Assembly: GCA_963727505.1 (NCBI GenBank)
Contig: CAVSGP010000004.1
Coordinates: 416,001-480,000, forward strand
Direction: 5' to 3'
From: an uncultured Trueperaceae bacterium
Lineage (GTDB): Bacteria > Deinococcota > Deinococci > Deinococcales > Trueperaceae
Length of the DNA stretch: 64,000 nucleotides
Shown here in pieces: positions 43,325 through 53,215 of the stretch. Below the pieces are notes generated by a model. The model had not been told where the DNA came from. It saw only the letters and a list, made by a program, of their open reading frames with translations, and did no database searches. The position numbers and the translations under genes are program-made. Numbering within the stretch: the stretch's first letter is position 1; each line of letters opens with the position of its first letter.

Positions 43325-46270
43325 TTGACTGCTGAGAAACCGACCAAACGCCTCGTCATCGTGGAATCGCCCACCAAGGCCCGGACCATCCGGCGCTTCC
43401 TTCCGCCGGAGTACCAGGTCGAGGCGTCGATGGGCCACGTCCGTGACCTCCCGGCGTCTGCCGCGGAGATCCCCAAGGAGCTCAAGGGGCAGACCTGGGC
43501 GCGCCTCGGCGTCGACGTCGACGAAGGCTTCAAACCGCTGTACGTGGTGTCGGCCCGCAAGAAGAGCGTGGTCAGCAACCTGCGCTCGGCCTTGAAGCAG
43601 GCCGACGAGCTCTATATCGCGACCGACGAGGATCGCGAAGGGGAATCGATCGGCTGGCACCTCGTGGAAGTGCTGCGCCCGGACGTGCCGGTGAAGCGGA
43701 TGGTGTTCCACGAGATCACGGAGGATGCCATCCGTGGCGCGCTCGACGCCACCCGCGACATCGACGTGCATCTCGTCGACGCGCAGGAGACGCGCCGCGT
43801 GCTCGACCGGCTGGTCGGCTACACCATCAGTCCCCTGCTGTGGAAGAAGATCGCCCCGCGGCTCTCGGCGGGGCGGGTACAGAGCGTGGCGGTCCGGTTG
43901 CTGGTGCTGCGCGAGAAGGAGCGGATGCGCTTCGTTCCCGCCGGCTACTGGGACCTTCAGGCACAGCTGAGCAAGGGTTCGAGTTCGTTCGGGGCGGTGC
44001 TGACGCATCTGGACGGCGTGCGCCTGGTCGGCGGCCGCGACTTCGACGCCGAGACCGGTCGCCTCAAGGAGGGTCTGGAGGCCGGCCGCGATGTCCTGCT
44101 GCTCGACGAGAAGCGCGCACGCGACCTGGCCGAGGCCGCGCGAAGCGCCGCCTGGCGTGTCACCTCGGTCGAGGAGCGCAACGCCACCCGGTCCCCATCA
44201 GCACCGTTCACCACCTCGACGTTGCAGCAGGAGGCGAGCCGCAAGCTCGGCCTCGCCGCCAAGGACACCATGCGCATCGCCCAGGAGCTATACGAGAACG
44301 GCTACATCACGTACATGCGTACCGACTCCACCAACCTGTCGCAAGAGGCCATCGACGGCAGTCGCGAGGCCATAGGGCAGCGCTACGGCAGCGACTACCT
44401 GAGCCCGCAGCCGCGGCAGTTCAAGGGGACGGCGCGCAACGCCCAGGAGGCGCACGAGGCCATCCGCCCGGCGGGCCGCGCCATGCTGACCGCGGACGAG
44501 AACGGCCTCAAGGGTGTGCAAGCGGCGCTGTACGAGCTGGTGTGGAAGCGCACGGTGGCGACCCAGATGGCGGACGCACGACTGAAGTTCGTCACGGCTC
44601 GCATCACCGCCGACACGACCCGGGGCGAGGGTACGTTCCGGGCGAGCGGGCGCACCATCCTCTTCCCCGGCTTCTTCCGCGCCTACGTCGAAGGTTCGGA
44701 CGACCCCGAGGCCGCGCTGGACGACCGTGAGCAACCGCTTCCCATGCTCGCACAGGGCGACGCGCTCGCGGCGGGCGAGGTCTCGGCCGAAGGACATGAG
44801 ACGAAGCCGCCCGCCCGCTATACCGAGGCGTCGCTCGTCAAGCTCCTGGAGGGCGAAGGCATCGGACGTCCCAGCACCTACGCCAGCATCATCGACACCA
44901 TCATGCGGCGTGGCTACGCTCGCAAGAACGGCTCCCAGCTGGTGCCGACGTTCATGGCCTTCGCCACCAACAACCTGCTCGAACTGCAATTCTCGCAGCT
45001 CGTCGACACGGAGTTCACGGCCAACATGGAGTCCGCGCTCGACGACATCGCAACGGGCGCGCTGGCGTCGAAACCCTACCTGCGCGACTTCTTCCTCGGC
45101 GAGGAAGGGATCGACGCGCGCGTCAGCGAGGGGCTCGAGGGGATCGATGCACGCGAGATCTCGACCATCCACTCCGGGCGTTGGGACCCGTACGTGGTGC
45201 GTGTCGGGCGCTACGGGCCCTACGTCGAAGGGCCGGTCGAGGGCGGCGAGCTGAAGACCGCCTCGCTTCCCGACGACCTGGCGCCCGGTGACGTCACCGG
45301 CGAGATGCTCGAGCACTACCTGGTCGAAGGCAACAAGGGGGACGTCGTCGTCGGAGAGGAGCCCGAGACCGGCCTGCCGATGCTGCTCAAGCGCGGTCCC
45401 TTCGGCCCTTACCTCCAGCTCGGCGAAGTCCCGGCCGACGCCAAGTCGGGATCCAAGAAGGGCGAGAAGAAGCAGAAGCCCAAGCGCGTCTCGCTTCCGC
45501 CCGGCGTCTCACCGCACGACGTGAATGCCGATCTCGCCGGGCGGCTGCTGGCCCTGCCCGCGCCCATCGGCGAACATCCGGAGTCGGGCAAGCCGGTCGA
45601 CCTCGGTGTGGGGCGCTTCGGGCCGTACGTGCGCCACCAGGGCATCTACGCCTCGGTCCCCAAGGACACCTTCGTGCTCGACGTCACGCTCGAGCAGGCG
45701 CTGGAGCTGCTGCAGAAGAAGGCCTCGCGCAACAAGCCGCTCCGCGTGCTGGGCGAGCATCCCGAGGCCGGCACGGCCGTCGAGGTGCGCGATGGACGCT
45801 ACGGGCCCTACGTCAAGAGTGGCAAGCTGAACGCTTCTCTCCCCAACGACGTCTCCCCCGATGACGTCACCCTGGAGCAGGCGGTCGAGCTGCTGGCGGC
45901 GCGCGCGGCCAAGACGGGCAAGAGCGTCAAGGGTGGCAAGGTTGCCGGCAAGGGCAAGGCCGTTGCGAAGGGCAAGAGCAAGGGCACCGCCAAGAGCAAG
46001 AAGAAGGCGTCGAGCGCCAAGCCGAAGCGCCCCAAAGCGGGCAAGGCCGACCTCGCGCCCTTCCTGGGCGAGCTCGACCCGCAGGTGGCCGAGGTGGTGG
46101 CGAGGGTCGAGGGTATGAACGGTCACGAAGCGCAGCCGCCCGAGGAGGTCTCGAAGGCCTTGCGCGTCAGCCAGGACGAGGTCGCGCGCCTGCACAAGCG
46201 CGGCATGTTCAAGCTGCGCATGGCCTTCGGGAAGAGCCGCAACCAGGAGCGCCAGGCCGAGGCGGTCTGA
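43325..46270 (+). CDS. topA: Type IA DNA topoisomerase I with Topo_C repeats, Lys-rich tract and extra C-terminal helical domain
   Basis: [53 protein letters not shown]; four GR(Y/F)GPY-type repeats; TTG start. Confidence 0.97.
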   Translation: MTAEKPTKRLVIVESPTKARTIRRFLPPEYQVEASMGHVRDLPASAAEIPKELKGQTWARLGVDVDEGFKPLYVVSARKKSVVSNLRSALKQADELYIATDEDREGESIGWHLVEVLRPDVPVKRMVFHEITEDAIRGALDATRDIDVHLVDAQETRRVLDRLVGYTISPLLWKKIAPRLSAGRVQSVAVRLLVLREKERMRFVPAGYWDLQAQLSKGSSSFGAVLTHLDGVRLVGGRDFDAETGRLKEGLEAGRDVLLLDEKRARDLAEAARSAAWRVTSVEERNATRSPSAPFTTSTLQQEASRKLGLAAKDTMRIAQELYENGYITYMRTDSTNLSQEAIDGSREAIGQRYGSDYLSPQPRQFKGTARNAQEAHEAIRPAGRAMLTADENGLKGVQAALYELVWKRTVATQMADARLKFVTARITADTTRGEGTFRASGRTILFPGFFRAYVEGSDDPEAALDDREQPLPMLAQGDALAAGEVSAEGHETKPPARYTEASLVKLLEGEGIGRPSTYASIIDTIMRRGYARKNGSQLVPTFMAFATNNLLELQFSQLVDTEFTANMESALDDIATGALASKPYLRDFFLGEEGIDARVSEGLEGIDAREISTIHSGRWDPYVVRVGRYGPYVEGPVEGGELKTASLPDDLAPGDVTGEMLEHYLVEGNKGDVVVGEEPETGLPMLLKRGPFGPYLQLGEVPADAKSGSKKGEKKQKPKRVSLPPGVSPHDVNADLAGRLLALPAPIGEHPESGKPVDLGVGRFGPYVRHQGIYASVPKDTFVLDVTLEQALELLQKKASRNKPLRVLGEHPEAGTAVEVRDGRYGPYVKSGKLNASLPNDVSPDDVTLEQAVELLAARAAKTGKSVKGGKVAGKGKAVAKGKSKGTAKSKKKASSAKPKRPKAGKADLAPFLGELDPQVAEVVARVEGMNGHEAQPPEEVSKALRVSQDEVARLHKRGMFKLRMAFGKSRNQERQAEAV

Positions 46271-46284
46271 GCGAAACGGATCGC

Positions 46285-46584
46285 GTGAGCGTCGGCGAGC
46301 CCCTCAACCTGCTGGGGCTGGCGCGCGCCGCGGGGGAGCGTGCCGCGCTGGTGCCGGGCACCGACCTGAGCGTTCGCCGGCTGGCCGAGCGCCGGTGGGA
46401 GACCACGACGGCGCCGAGCTGGCTGCTGGTGCTGGAGGGGCGCCTGATCGTCGACCTCCCCCACGGCGACTTCCGGATCCTGGAGCGCGGCGACGCGCTG
46501 CACCTGCCGGCCGGGCTCGAGCTGGCGTTGCAGGCGGTCGAGGGCGAAGCCCTGCTGGTCTGGAGATCCGCCGCTGACACCTGA
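46285..46584 (+). CDS. Small cupin-like protein
   Basis: WLLVLEGRLIVDLP.GDFRILERGDALHLPAG cupin-like beta pattern. Confidence 0.7.
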   Translation: MSVGEPLNLLGLARAAGERAALVPGTDLSVRRLAERRWETTTAPSWLLVLEGRLIVDLPHGDFRILERGDALHLPAGLELALQAVEGEALLVWRSAADT

Positions 46585-46613
46585 TCCGCGGCCGCGCCCC
46601 GTAGACTGGAGCC

Positions 46614-47348
46614 GTGCAGCGCACATCCGTGACCGAGGGCATCGTCATCCGGCGCAAGGTCCTGCCGAGCGGCGACGTGGTCATCACCCTGATGAGCGAG
46701 CACGGCAAGTGGCGGGCCGTCGCGCGCAAGGGCCGCCTGCCGGGCGGCAATCTGGGCCGCCTCAGCCTGTTCCACGACGTCACCGTGCAGTACTACCGCA
46801 AGCACGAGGACGACCTGGCGCTTCTCACCCAGGTACGGCTGAACGGGGCCCTGCCCAACCTGAGCCGCCCCGAAATCTACCCCTACGCACACGTGCTGGC
46901 CGAGTTGACCGACGCCCTGACGGTCGACGTGCACCTCGGCGAGCAGGTCTACACCTACCTCGCTAGCGGCCTGCGCGGGCTCAACCGCCACCCGGACCCG
47001 AACCTGGTGGCGCTGGCATACGCCTGGAAGCTCCTGGGGCTGGCCGGCCTGGCACCCTCCACGGACGCCTGCCTGCACTGCCGCACCGAGGCGCCGCTGG
47101 TTGCGCTCGACGTCGCCGGTGGCGGCCTGACCTGCGGTTCGTGCGCCCGAGGTATACGCCTGGGCGCCGACGGGGCGGCCGAGCTACACCGCCTCGTCGC
47201 CGGCAGCCTGCACACCCTGCTGCGCGCTCCTCCCGTCGACCGCGAGCTGCACTGGCGTGTGCTCGAACGCTACGTCGCCTACCACGTGCGGGAGCTGCAA
47301 GCGCTCGCCACGCCGCCGCACGCCGCAGCCGGGGCCGCCGGTGCTTGA
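46614..47348 (+). CDS. recO: DNA repair protein RecO
   Basis: N-terminal OB fold (EGIVIRR...GD.VITL...GKWRAVARKG), WKLLGLAG, C4 zinc motif CLHC..CGSC. Confidence 0.9.
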   Translation: MQRTSVTEGIVIRRKVLPSGDVVITLMSEHGKWRAVARKGRLPGGNLGRLSLFHDVTVQYYRKHEDDLALLTQVRLNGALPNLSRPEIYPYAHVLAELTDALTVDVHLGEQVYTYLASGLRGLNRHPDPNLVALAYAWKLLGLAGLAPSTDACLHCRTEAPLVALDVAGGGLTCGSCARGIRLGADGAAELHRLVAGSLHTLLRAPPVDRELHWRVLERYVAYHVRELQALATPPHAAAGAAGA

Positions 47349-47967
47349 GGTCTTCGCGGCACTGCTGGCCGGCTACCTGCTGGGGTCGCTCCCCTTCGCC
47401 GCCTGGGCCGCCCGCCTTCGCGGGGCCACCATCTTCGAGGTGGGGTCGGGGAACATGGGCGCCATGAACACTGCGCGCAACGTCGGCTTCGGGCTGGGGG
47501 CACTGGTTCTCCTGCTCGACGCCGCGAAGGGCGCTGCGGCCACCGGTATCGGCCTGGCCCTCGGGCGTCTGCCCGGAGCGCCGACCGGACCCGTGATGTC
47601 GTTGCTGCCGCCGCTCGCCGCCGGGCTGGGCGCCATCCTCGGTCACGCCTTCTCGCTCTATATCGGCTTCCGCGGCGGCAAGGGGCTCGCCGCTGCCCTC
47701 GGGGTCGCGCTGCCGTTCTACCCGCTGGCCGCGCTGGCCACCGTCGCGCTGTTGTTCGTGCTCACGCTGGCGTTGCGGCGCCGCTCCGGGTTGGCCGCCG
47801 TACTCACGGTCGCGGTGTACCCGGCGCTGGTGCTCAGCGCGCAGATCCTCGCCGGTCGCAGCACCAACGCCGCGCTGGCCATCGCCGCAGGCGTCGCGTC
47901 GATGGCGCTGGTGGTGCTCTACCGCCACTACCTGGCGTTCCGCCGTGAACGCGCGCGGCGGCGCTGA
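47341..47967 (+). CDS. plsY: Glycerol-3-phosphate acyltransferase PlsY
   Basis: GYLLGSLP, GSGNMGAMN..R, LLDAAKG, GHAFS....FRGGKGLA. Confidence 0.92.
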   Translation: MLEVFAALLAGYLLGSLPFAAWAARLRGATIFEVGSGNMGAMNTARNVGFGLGALVLLLDAAKGAAATGIGLALGRLPGAPTGPVMSLLPPLAAGLGAILGHAFSLYIGFRGGKGLAAALGVALPFYPLAALATVALLFVLTLALRRRSGLAAVLTVAVYPALVLSAQILAGRSTNAALAIAAGVASMALVVLYRHYLAFRRERARRR

Positions 47968-48011
47968 GCGTACCGGCCCGGCCCAGTGCGGCGCGCGACG
48001 CACACGCGAGC

Positions 48012-49292
48012 TCACTGCCAGCGCTCACCACCGTCGGGCCGCTCGCGACGCGCCAGGGCGCGCACCTCGCCCACCAGGAAGAGGCTGCCTGCGACCACCA
48101 CGGTGCCGTCCACCCCCGCCCAGCGCGCCGCGAGCCGGAGCGCCGCCGGCGGGTCGGCGGCCACGGCATCGGCCCCCACGACGCGGCCCAGCGCCGCCGG
48201 CTCCATGGCTCGCGGGCTCGACGTCGCTCTGGTGGCGACGATCCTGTCGGCCACGCCGGCCAGCGCCGACGCCACGCCCGCGACATCCTTGCCTGCCGAC
48301 ACACCCAGGACGAGCACCGGTACCCGGCCCTCCAGCGACGCCAGGGCGCGGGCCAGGGCGGCCGCCGCTTCGGGGTTGTGGGCCCCGTCGAGGACGAGCC
48401 ACCGCCCGCGGAAGCGCAGCCGTTCCAGCCTCCCCGGCCAGTGCGTCTCCGCCGCGCCGCGCGCGGCCACCTCGAGCGGCACGCCGAGCTCGGACGCGCC
48501 CACGAGCGCCAACGCCACGTTGCGTGCCTGGTGGCGCCCGACCAGCGGCGTGGTCGCCTCGACCGCGCCGACGGGCGTGCGTAGCTCGAGCTCCAGGCCC
48601 TGCCATCCTCGATCGAGCACCTGCAGCTCGACCTCCTGCTCCAACGTGCGCAGCCGCACCCCCCGCACCTTGGCCTCGGCCCGCAAGGCTGCCAGCGCCT
48701 CGCCGGACGCACCGGTCCAGGCCGGCACGCCCGCGCGCAGGATGCCCGCCTTCTCGCGGGCGATCCGCTCCAGCGTGTCCCCCAGAACGCCGACGTGGTC
48801 GAGCGCCACCCCCGTGACCAGCGAGAGCACCGGCTCGACGACGTTGGTGGCGTCGAAGCGTCCACCCAGACCGACCTCCAACACGGCGGTGTCGACCTCG
48901 GCGTCGGCGAACAGCAGCAGGGCAACGGCGGTGACGATCTCGAAGAAGGTGGCGCCGAGACGCTCCGCCGGGGGCCGCACCCGCGCCAGGGCCTCCAGCA
49001 CGATGTCGTCGGGAAGGGGTGCACCGTCGACCACGAAGCGCTCCGCGAAGCGCACCAGATGGGGGCTGGTGGTGAGCCCCACGCGTTCGCCCGCGGCGCG
49101 AAGGGTCGCCGCCAGCACCGCCGCCGTGCTCCCCTTGCCGTTGGTCCCGCCCACCAGCACCGACCGGAACGCCCTGTCGGGCCGCCCGAGCTCGTCGAGC
49201 AGCCGCCGCATCCGATCCAGCCCCAGGTGGACGCCGAAGCGCTGGCGCTCGAACACCCATCGGAGGAGGTCGTCGGGCTCAGGTCTCGTCAT
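48012..49292 (-). CDS. folC: Folylpolyglutamate synthase / dihydrofolate synthase
   Basis: VGGTNGKGST, TSPHL..F.ER, TFFE..T, EVGLGGRFDATN, WPGRLE, LDGAHNP, AGSLFLVGE. Confidence 0.95.
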   Translation of the reverse strand: MTRPEPDDLLRWVFERQRFGVHLGLDRMRRLLDELGRPDRAFRSVLVGGTNGKGSTAAVLAATLRAAGERVGLTTSPHLVRFAERFVVDGAPLPDDIVLEALARVRPPAERLGATFFEIVTAVALLLFADAEVDTAVLEVGLGGRFDATNVVEPVLSLVTGVALDHVGVLGDTLERIAREKAGILRAGVPAWTGASGEALAALRAEAKVRGVRLRTLEQEVELQVLDRGWQGLELELRTPVGAVEATTPLVGRHQARNVALALVGASELGVPLEVAARGAAETHWPGRLERLRFRGRWLVLDGAHNPEAAAALARALASLEGRVPVLVLGVSAGKDVAGVASALAGVADRIVATRATSSPRAMEPAALGRVVGADAVAADPPAALRLAARWAGVDGTVVVAGSLFLVGEVRALARRERPDGGERWQ

Positions 49293-49773
49293 CGATCCGT
49301 CGCAGGAGCTCCGCATCCCCACCGATCACGTGGTGGTCCGCCACCAGCCGGGCTACGGTCTCGCTCCCGCCCGCGGAGCGGATCATCTCGGCGCCGTAGG
49401 CGTGGTGGTGACGCTTGACCTGCAAGGCACCCGCCAGGCCCCGTCGCCGCGGTTCGGCGGGTACCGGCCGCTCCGGCAGAAGGTGCACCAGGACGCGCTC
49501 CAGCACGCGGTAGCGCCGACCGGACTTGCCGACGTCATGGAGCAGCGCGGCCCGCACGAGCTCGTCCGGCGCGTCGGGGTGGCGCGCCAGCAGCGCCTTC
49601 GCAACCTCGCAGGCGTGGTGCCGGTCGCGCACATCCATCCTCTGGTAGACGCCGTACTCGGCGACCGGCAGGCGCCGACGCGCGAAGGCGTCGTCGGGCG
49701 GCGCCAGCGAGGGCAGCACCGCGCGCAGCGTGCGCCGCGCGGCGTTGAGGTACCAGACGGGCGGCCGAGCCAT
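49279..49773 (-). CDS. HD domain protein
   Basis: DRHHA..VA, AALLHDVGK, HH motifs; TAGACT -10 element 9 nt before ATG. Confidence 0.85.
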   Translation of the reverse strand: MARPPVWYLNAARRTLRAVLPSLAPPDDAFARRRLPVAEYGVYQRMDVRDRHHACEVAKALLARHPDAPDELVRAALLHDVGKSGRRYRVLERVLVHLLPERPVPAEPRRRGLAGALQVKRHHHAYGAEMIRSAGGSETVARLVADHHVIGGDAELLRRIDDET

Positions 49774-49911
49774 CGCGGATCGAGTCTACCGCTTCCCCGT
49801 CCCGCCTCGAGGCGCGCACCTTGCCGCCGCGGTCAGGCCCGCCGCCCCTTCTGGGGTATGCTGGCTGGCGCGATCCGGGGGCGTCCGCCACGCCCCGGAT
49901 GGAGTTCTCCG

Positions 49912-51135
49912 ATGCACCAGCCCCGTTCTGCCACCGCCCTCCTCGTCCTCATCCTCGTTGCCACGCTGCTCGCAGGTGCGGCCGCTGCCCAGGGCACACC
50001 CACGAGTCCCAACGGATCCAACGGTGCTTCCACGGCTGCGCCCGCCCCCGGCACCGTCGCCGCACCCGCGTCCGGCAACGGAGCCTCGTCGGAAACGGCG
50101 TCCGCCATCGGCATGACGGGAAGCGCTCCGGCCGCCCTCGCCGACCAGGCCGTGAGCACCTGGCTCAAGCGCAGTCCTGTCACGCTGGAGCGACTCTCCG
50201 CGCTGGACACCAAGCAGCTCTGCCAGGCCCTGCCCGGGATGATCACCCACCCCGCCCCGCAGGCGGGCACACAGGTGCACCTGAACGACCGCCAGGAGCA
50301 ACCGACCCAGGACCCGAACCGGAAGCGCTTCACCTACAGCGCGGTGCGACCCGGCAACCAGCTCGACGTGGTGGAGGTCGATCTCAGCCGCAAGGGCAAG
50401 GTCTGGACGGTCGACGACGTCGGCTACCGCACCACGGTGGAGCCCAGCGGCGTACGCGCCTGGCTGCAGGGGAGCACGGCGTCGTGGCTGTTCATCGCCT
50501 TCAGCCTCCTGATCCTGTTCGGGCTCGTGCGGCCCAGCCCGCTACGGCGTTGGCTGCACGAGGGCTGGAGCTACATCCGCGAGCACCGACGGCTGGTCAT
50601 CGGTACCTTCGTGTTCCTCTACGCCATGTTCGCGCTCGGCGCGCTGGTAGGCTCGGGCCTACCCAAGGAGTGCGAGACGGCCATCGTCACGGTCGTCAAG
50701 ACCGCGGTGACCAGCGTCGGCGCCACCCAGGCCTACGGCAGCGGCGACATCGTGCGCGCGGCGGTCACCACCTATTACCAGAACTTCGTGGTGGTCACGC
50801 TTTCGGTGACCTTCACGCTGGCGCTGCTGTTCGGCGTGCCGGCCTACTTGCTGAGCGCGGCCTCGTACTTCGTGCAGGGGATCCCGTTCGGCCTGATCGG
50901 CACCGCTTCGGCGGGTCAGTTGGTACTGGTGCTGATCCTGCTGCTGATCGAGCTCAGCTCGTACTTCATCGTGGTCGCCGGCGGCGGCATGTTCCTGGCC
51001 ACTCTGGTGCGGCGGGGCCTCGGATCGCTGCCTCAGGCGTTCCGAAAGCTCGCGGCGATGCTGCCCTTCGCCATGGTGATGCTGCTGCTCGGCGCCTGGT
51101 ACGAGGCCTTCATCGTCCTCCGTCTGGGCGGCTGA
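49912..51135 (+). CDS. Membrane protein with exported N-terminal domain and C-terminal SpoIIM/DUF95-like domain
   Basis: Signal peptide, soluble region, then multiple TMs with N..V, IELSSY...GG, LLLGAWYEAF. Confidence 0.75.
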   Translation: MHQPRSATALLVLILVATLLAGAAAAQGTPTSPNGSNGASTAAPAPGTVAAPASGNGASSETASAIGMTGSAPAALADQAVSTWLKRSPVTLERLSALDTKQLCQALPGMITHPAPQAGTQVHLNDRQEQPTQDPNRKRFTYSAVRPGNQLDVVEVDLSRKGKVWTVDDVGYRTTVEPSGVRAWLQGSTASWLFIAFSLLILFGLVRPSPLRRWLHEGWSYIREHRRLVIGTFVFLYAMFALGALVGSGLPKECETAIVTVVKTAVTSVGATQAYGSGDIVRAAVTTYYQNFVVVTLSVTFTLALLFGVPAYLLSAASYFVQGIPFGLIGTASAGQLVLVLILLLIELSSYFIVVAGGGMFLATLVRRGLGSLPQAFRKLAAMLPFAMVMLLLGAWYEAFIVLRLGG

Positions 51136-51143
51136 GTCCCCCG

Positions 51144-52070
51144 TCAAGCCCGTAGCAGGAGCCGGCGGCTGGCGAGCGCGACGTCCATCAGGTCGGCGGC
51201 CTCGGCGAAGGCGCTGGCGCCCGGACCCACGGCCAGCAGCGGCACCATGTTGCGGGTGTGCCTGGATGACGTCAGGTCCTCGAGGTTGCCATGGTCCGAG
51301 GTGAGCACCAGCGTGGTGTCTCTCAGGTCCGAGAGCGCACCGGCCAGCAGGCCGTCGATCGCCTCCAGCAAGCGCACCCCGTCCTCGAAGCGCCGCTCAT
51401 GCCCGAGTCGGTCGGTGAGCCAGACGTCGAAGAACGAGAAGGCATGGTGCCCGGCCAGCCGCGCGAGCCGGCGTCCCGCCTCCTCGGCCGTCAACGTCGC
51501 CAGCGACGGGTCGAGCTCGCGGAAGGCGGCACCGGTGACGTCGGCCGCCAGCGCGTCGCCGCGGCGGTAGGCGTCGAGGTCGAAGAGGGTCACGCCCGCC
51601 GCCCGGGCCGCCATCACGGGGGCATTGGGCCGTAGGCGCCGTCCTTCGAGGGCGCGGAAGTACCCCTCCGGATAGGCGTTGGCGAGCGCGGCGGAACCGT
51701 CGGCGTAGTGGAAGAGCGTGTCCTGTTGGAGCTCGCGCGCCAGCGTGGGCCCCGGCCAGGGTCCGTAATGGCGCCCCATGATCGCCGCGCCGTTTCGCCC
51801 CGTCAGCAGGCTCATCTGCCCGGTGGCGGACTGCGGGAGCCCCTCGTGCCCGAGGCGGGCGTCGATCGGCCGGAACACCAGGCCGGCCTCGCTGCGCGCC
51901 GCGGCGCCTGCGACGGGGGCGCCACCAACGAGCTCACGCAGAAGCGGCAGGTCCGCGGCCACCAGGGGGTTGCGACCGGGATCGGCCTCCCCCAGACCCA
52001 CACCATCGAGGAACACCATGACCACGCCCCCCGGACGACCGCGAGTCCCGGGGCCGCTCGCCTCAACCAA
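51144..52070 (-). CDS. Alkaline-phosphatase-superfamily metalloenzyme (phosphoglycerate mutase/phosphopentomutase-like)
   Basis: FLDGVGLG, GLPQSATGQ..LLTG.N, TDRLGH, LTSDHGNLED..H; start uncertain. Confidence 0.82.
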   Translation of the reverse strand: MVEASGPGTRGRPGGVVMVFLDGVGLGEADPGRNPLVAADLPLLRELVGGAPVAGAAARSEAGLVFRPIDARLGHEGLPQSATGQMSLLTGRNGAAIMGRHYGPWPGPTLARELQQDTLFHYADGSAALANAYPEGYFRALEGRRLRPNAPVMAARAAGVTLFDLDAYRRGDALAADVTGAAFRELDPSLATLTAEEAGRRLARLAGHHAFSFFDVWLTDRLGHERRFEDGVRLLEAIDGLLAGALSDLRDTTLVLTSDHGNLEDLTSSRHTRNMVPLLAVGPGASAFAEAADLMDVALASRRLLLRA

Positions 52071-53112
52071 CCCCCATCGCCTCCTTGGCCCGGGCCAGGG
52101 TGGGGGCGGCCGCCGCTCGCGCGCGCTCCGCTCCGTGCGCCAGCAGCTCGTCGATCCGGCCCGGCTCCGCCATGATGGCCTCGTAGCGCTGGCGGATCGG
52201 CTGCAGCGTGTCGAGCACCACACCGGCCACCGCCTTCTTGAGGTCGCCGTAGCCCTTTCCTTCGAACGTCCCCTCCAGCGCCCCCATCGGGCGCCCGTCG
52301 AGAGTCTGCAGGATGGTCAGCAGGTTCCTGACGCCGGGCGAGGCGTGCTCGAAGCGTACCTCGCGGCCGGAGTCGGTCACCGCCGACATGATGGCCTTGC
52401 GGATGGTGCGCTCGTCGTCGAGGAGGTTGACGGCGTGGCCCGAGCGCTGAGCTCCGATGCTCTTGGACATCTTGACCTCGGGGTCGTCGAGACCCATGAT
52501 GCGGGCGCCCATGGTGGGGACCACCGCCTGCGGCAGCACGAACACCTCGCCGAAGAGGTTGTTGAAGCGCACGGCGATGTCCCGGGTGAGCTCGATGTGC
52601 TGGCGCTGGTCTTCACCGACCGGCACCACCTCGGTGTCGTACAGCAGGATGTCGGCGGCCTGCAGCACGGGGTAGTCGAGCAGGCCCGTACCGACGCTCT
52701 CCCGCCCCTCGGACTTGGTCTTGAACTGCGTCATGCGGTAGAGCCACCCCAGCGGCGTCGCGCAGTTGAGCAGCCACGTGAGCTCGGCATGCTCGTGCAG
52801 GTGGGACTGCGCGAAGATGATGTTGCTGTCGGGATCGAGCCCTACCGCCAAGTAGAGTGCGGCCACCCGCCTCACGTCGTCCTTCAGGCCCGCGGGGTCG
52901 ACGCTCTCGGGGATGGTGAGCGCGTGCAGGTCGACGACGCAGAAGACGTTGTCGCGCTCGTCCTGATGCTCCACCCACTGCCTGAGAGCCCCGAGGTAGG
53001 TGCCGAGGTGCAGGTCGCCGGTGGGCTGGATGCCGGAGAAGACGCGGGGCTTGGCGGAAGACGTCGTGCGGGACGCGGGAGAGGACGCGGCCACGGGGTC
53101 GGTGGAACTCAT
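52063..53112 (-). CDS. trpS: Tryptophan--tRNA ligase
   Basis: FSGIQPTGDLHLGTYLGA, YPVLQAADIL, VPVGEDQRQH.EL, KMSKS. Confidence 0.97.
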   Translation of the reverse strand: MSSTDPVAASSPASRTTSSAKPRVFSGIQPTGDLHLGTYLGALRQWVEHQDERDNVFCVVDLHALTIPESVDPAGLKDDVRRVAALYLAVGLDPDSNIIFAQSHLHEHAELTWLLNCATPLGWLYRMTQFKTKSEGRESVGTGLLDYPVLQAADILLYDTEVVPVGEDQRQHIELTRDIAVRFNNLFGEVFVLPQAVVPTMGARIMGLDDPEVKMSKSIGAQRSGHAVNLLDDERTIRKAIMSAVTDSGREVRFEHASPGVRNLLTILQTLDGRPMGALEGTFEGKGYGDLKKAVAGVVLDTLQPIRQRYEAIMAEPGRIDELLAHGAERARAAAAPTLARAKEAMGVG

Positions 53113-53215
53113 CCGGACAGTATACCGACGGCGTCCGGCGACGGTCGGCCCGCCGCAGGCCGTCCGGCCAGCAGGGCGAACGTCGTCGCCGACCACCCTG
53201 TGATCGCTGTCCTGC

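Noticed and set aside
47986..51135. 1049-aa ORF
   Set aside because: Upstream part is antisense to folC and the HD gene; the real protein starts at about 49912 with a signal peptide.
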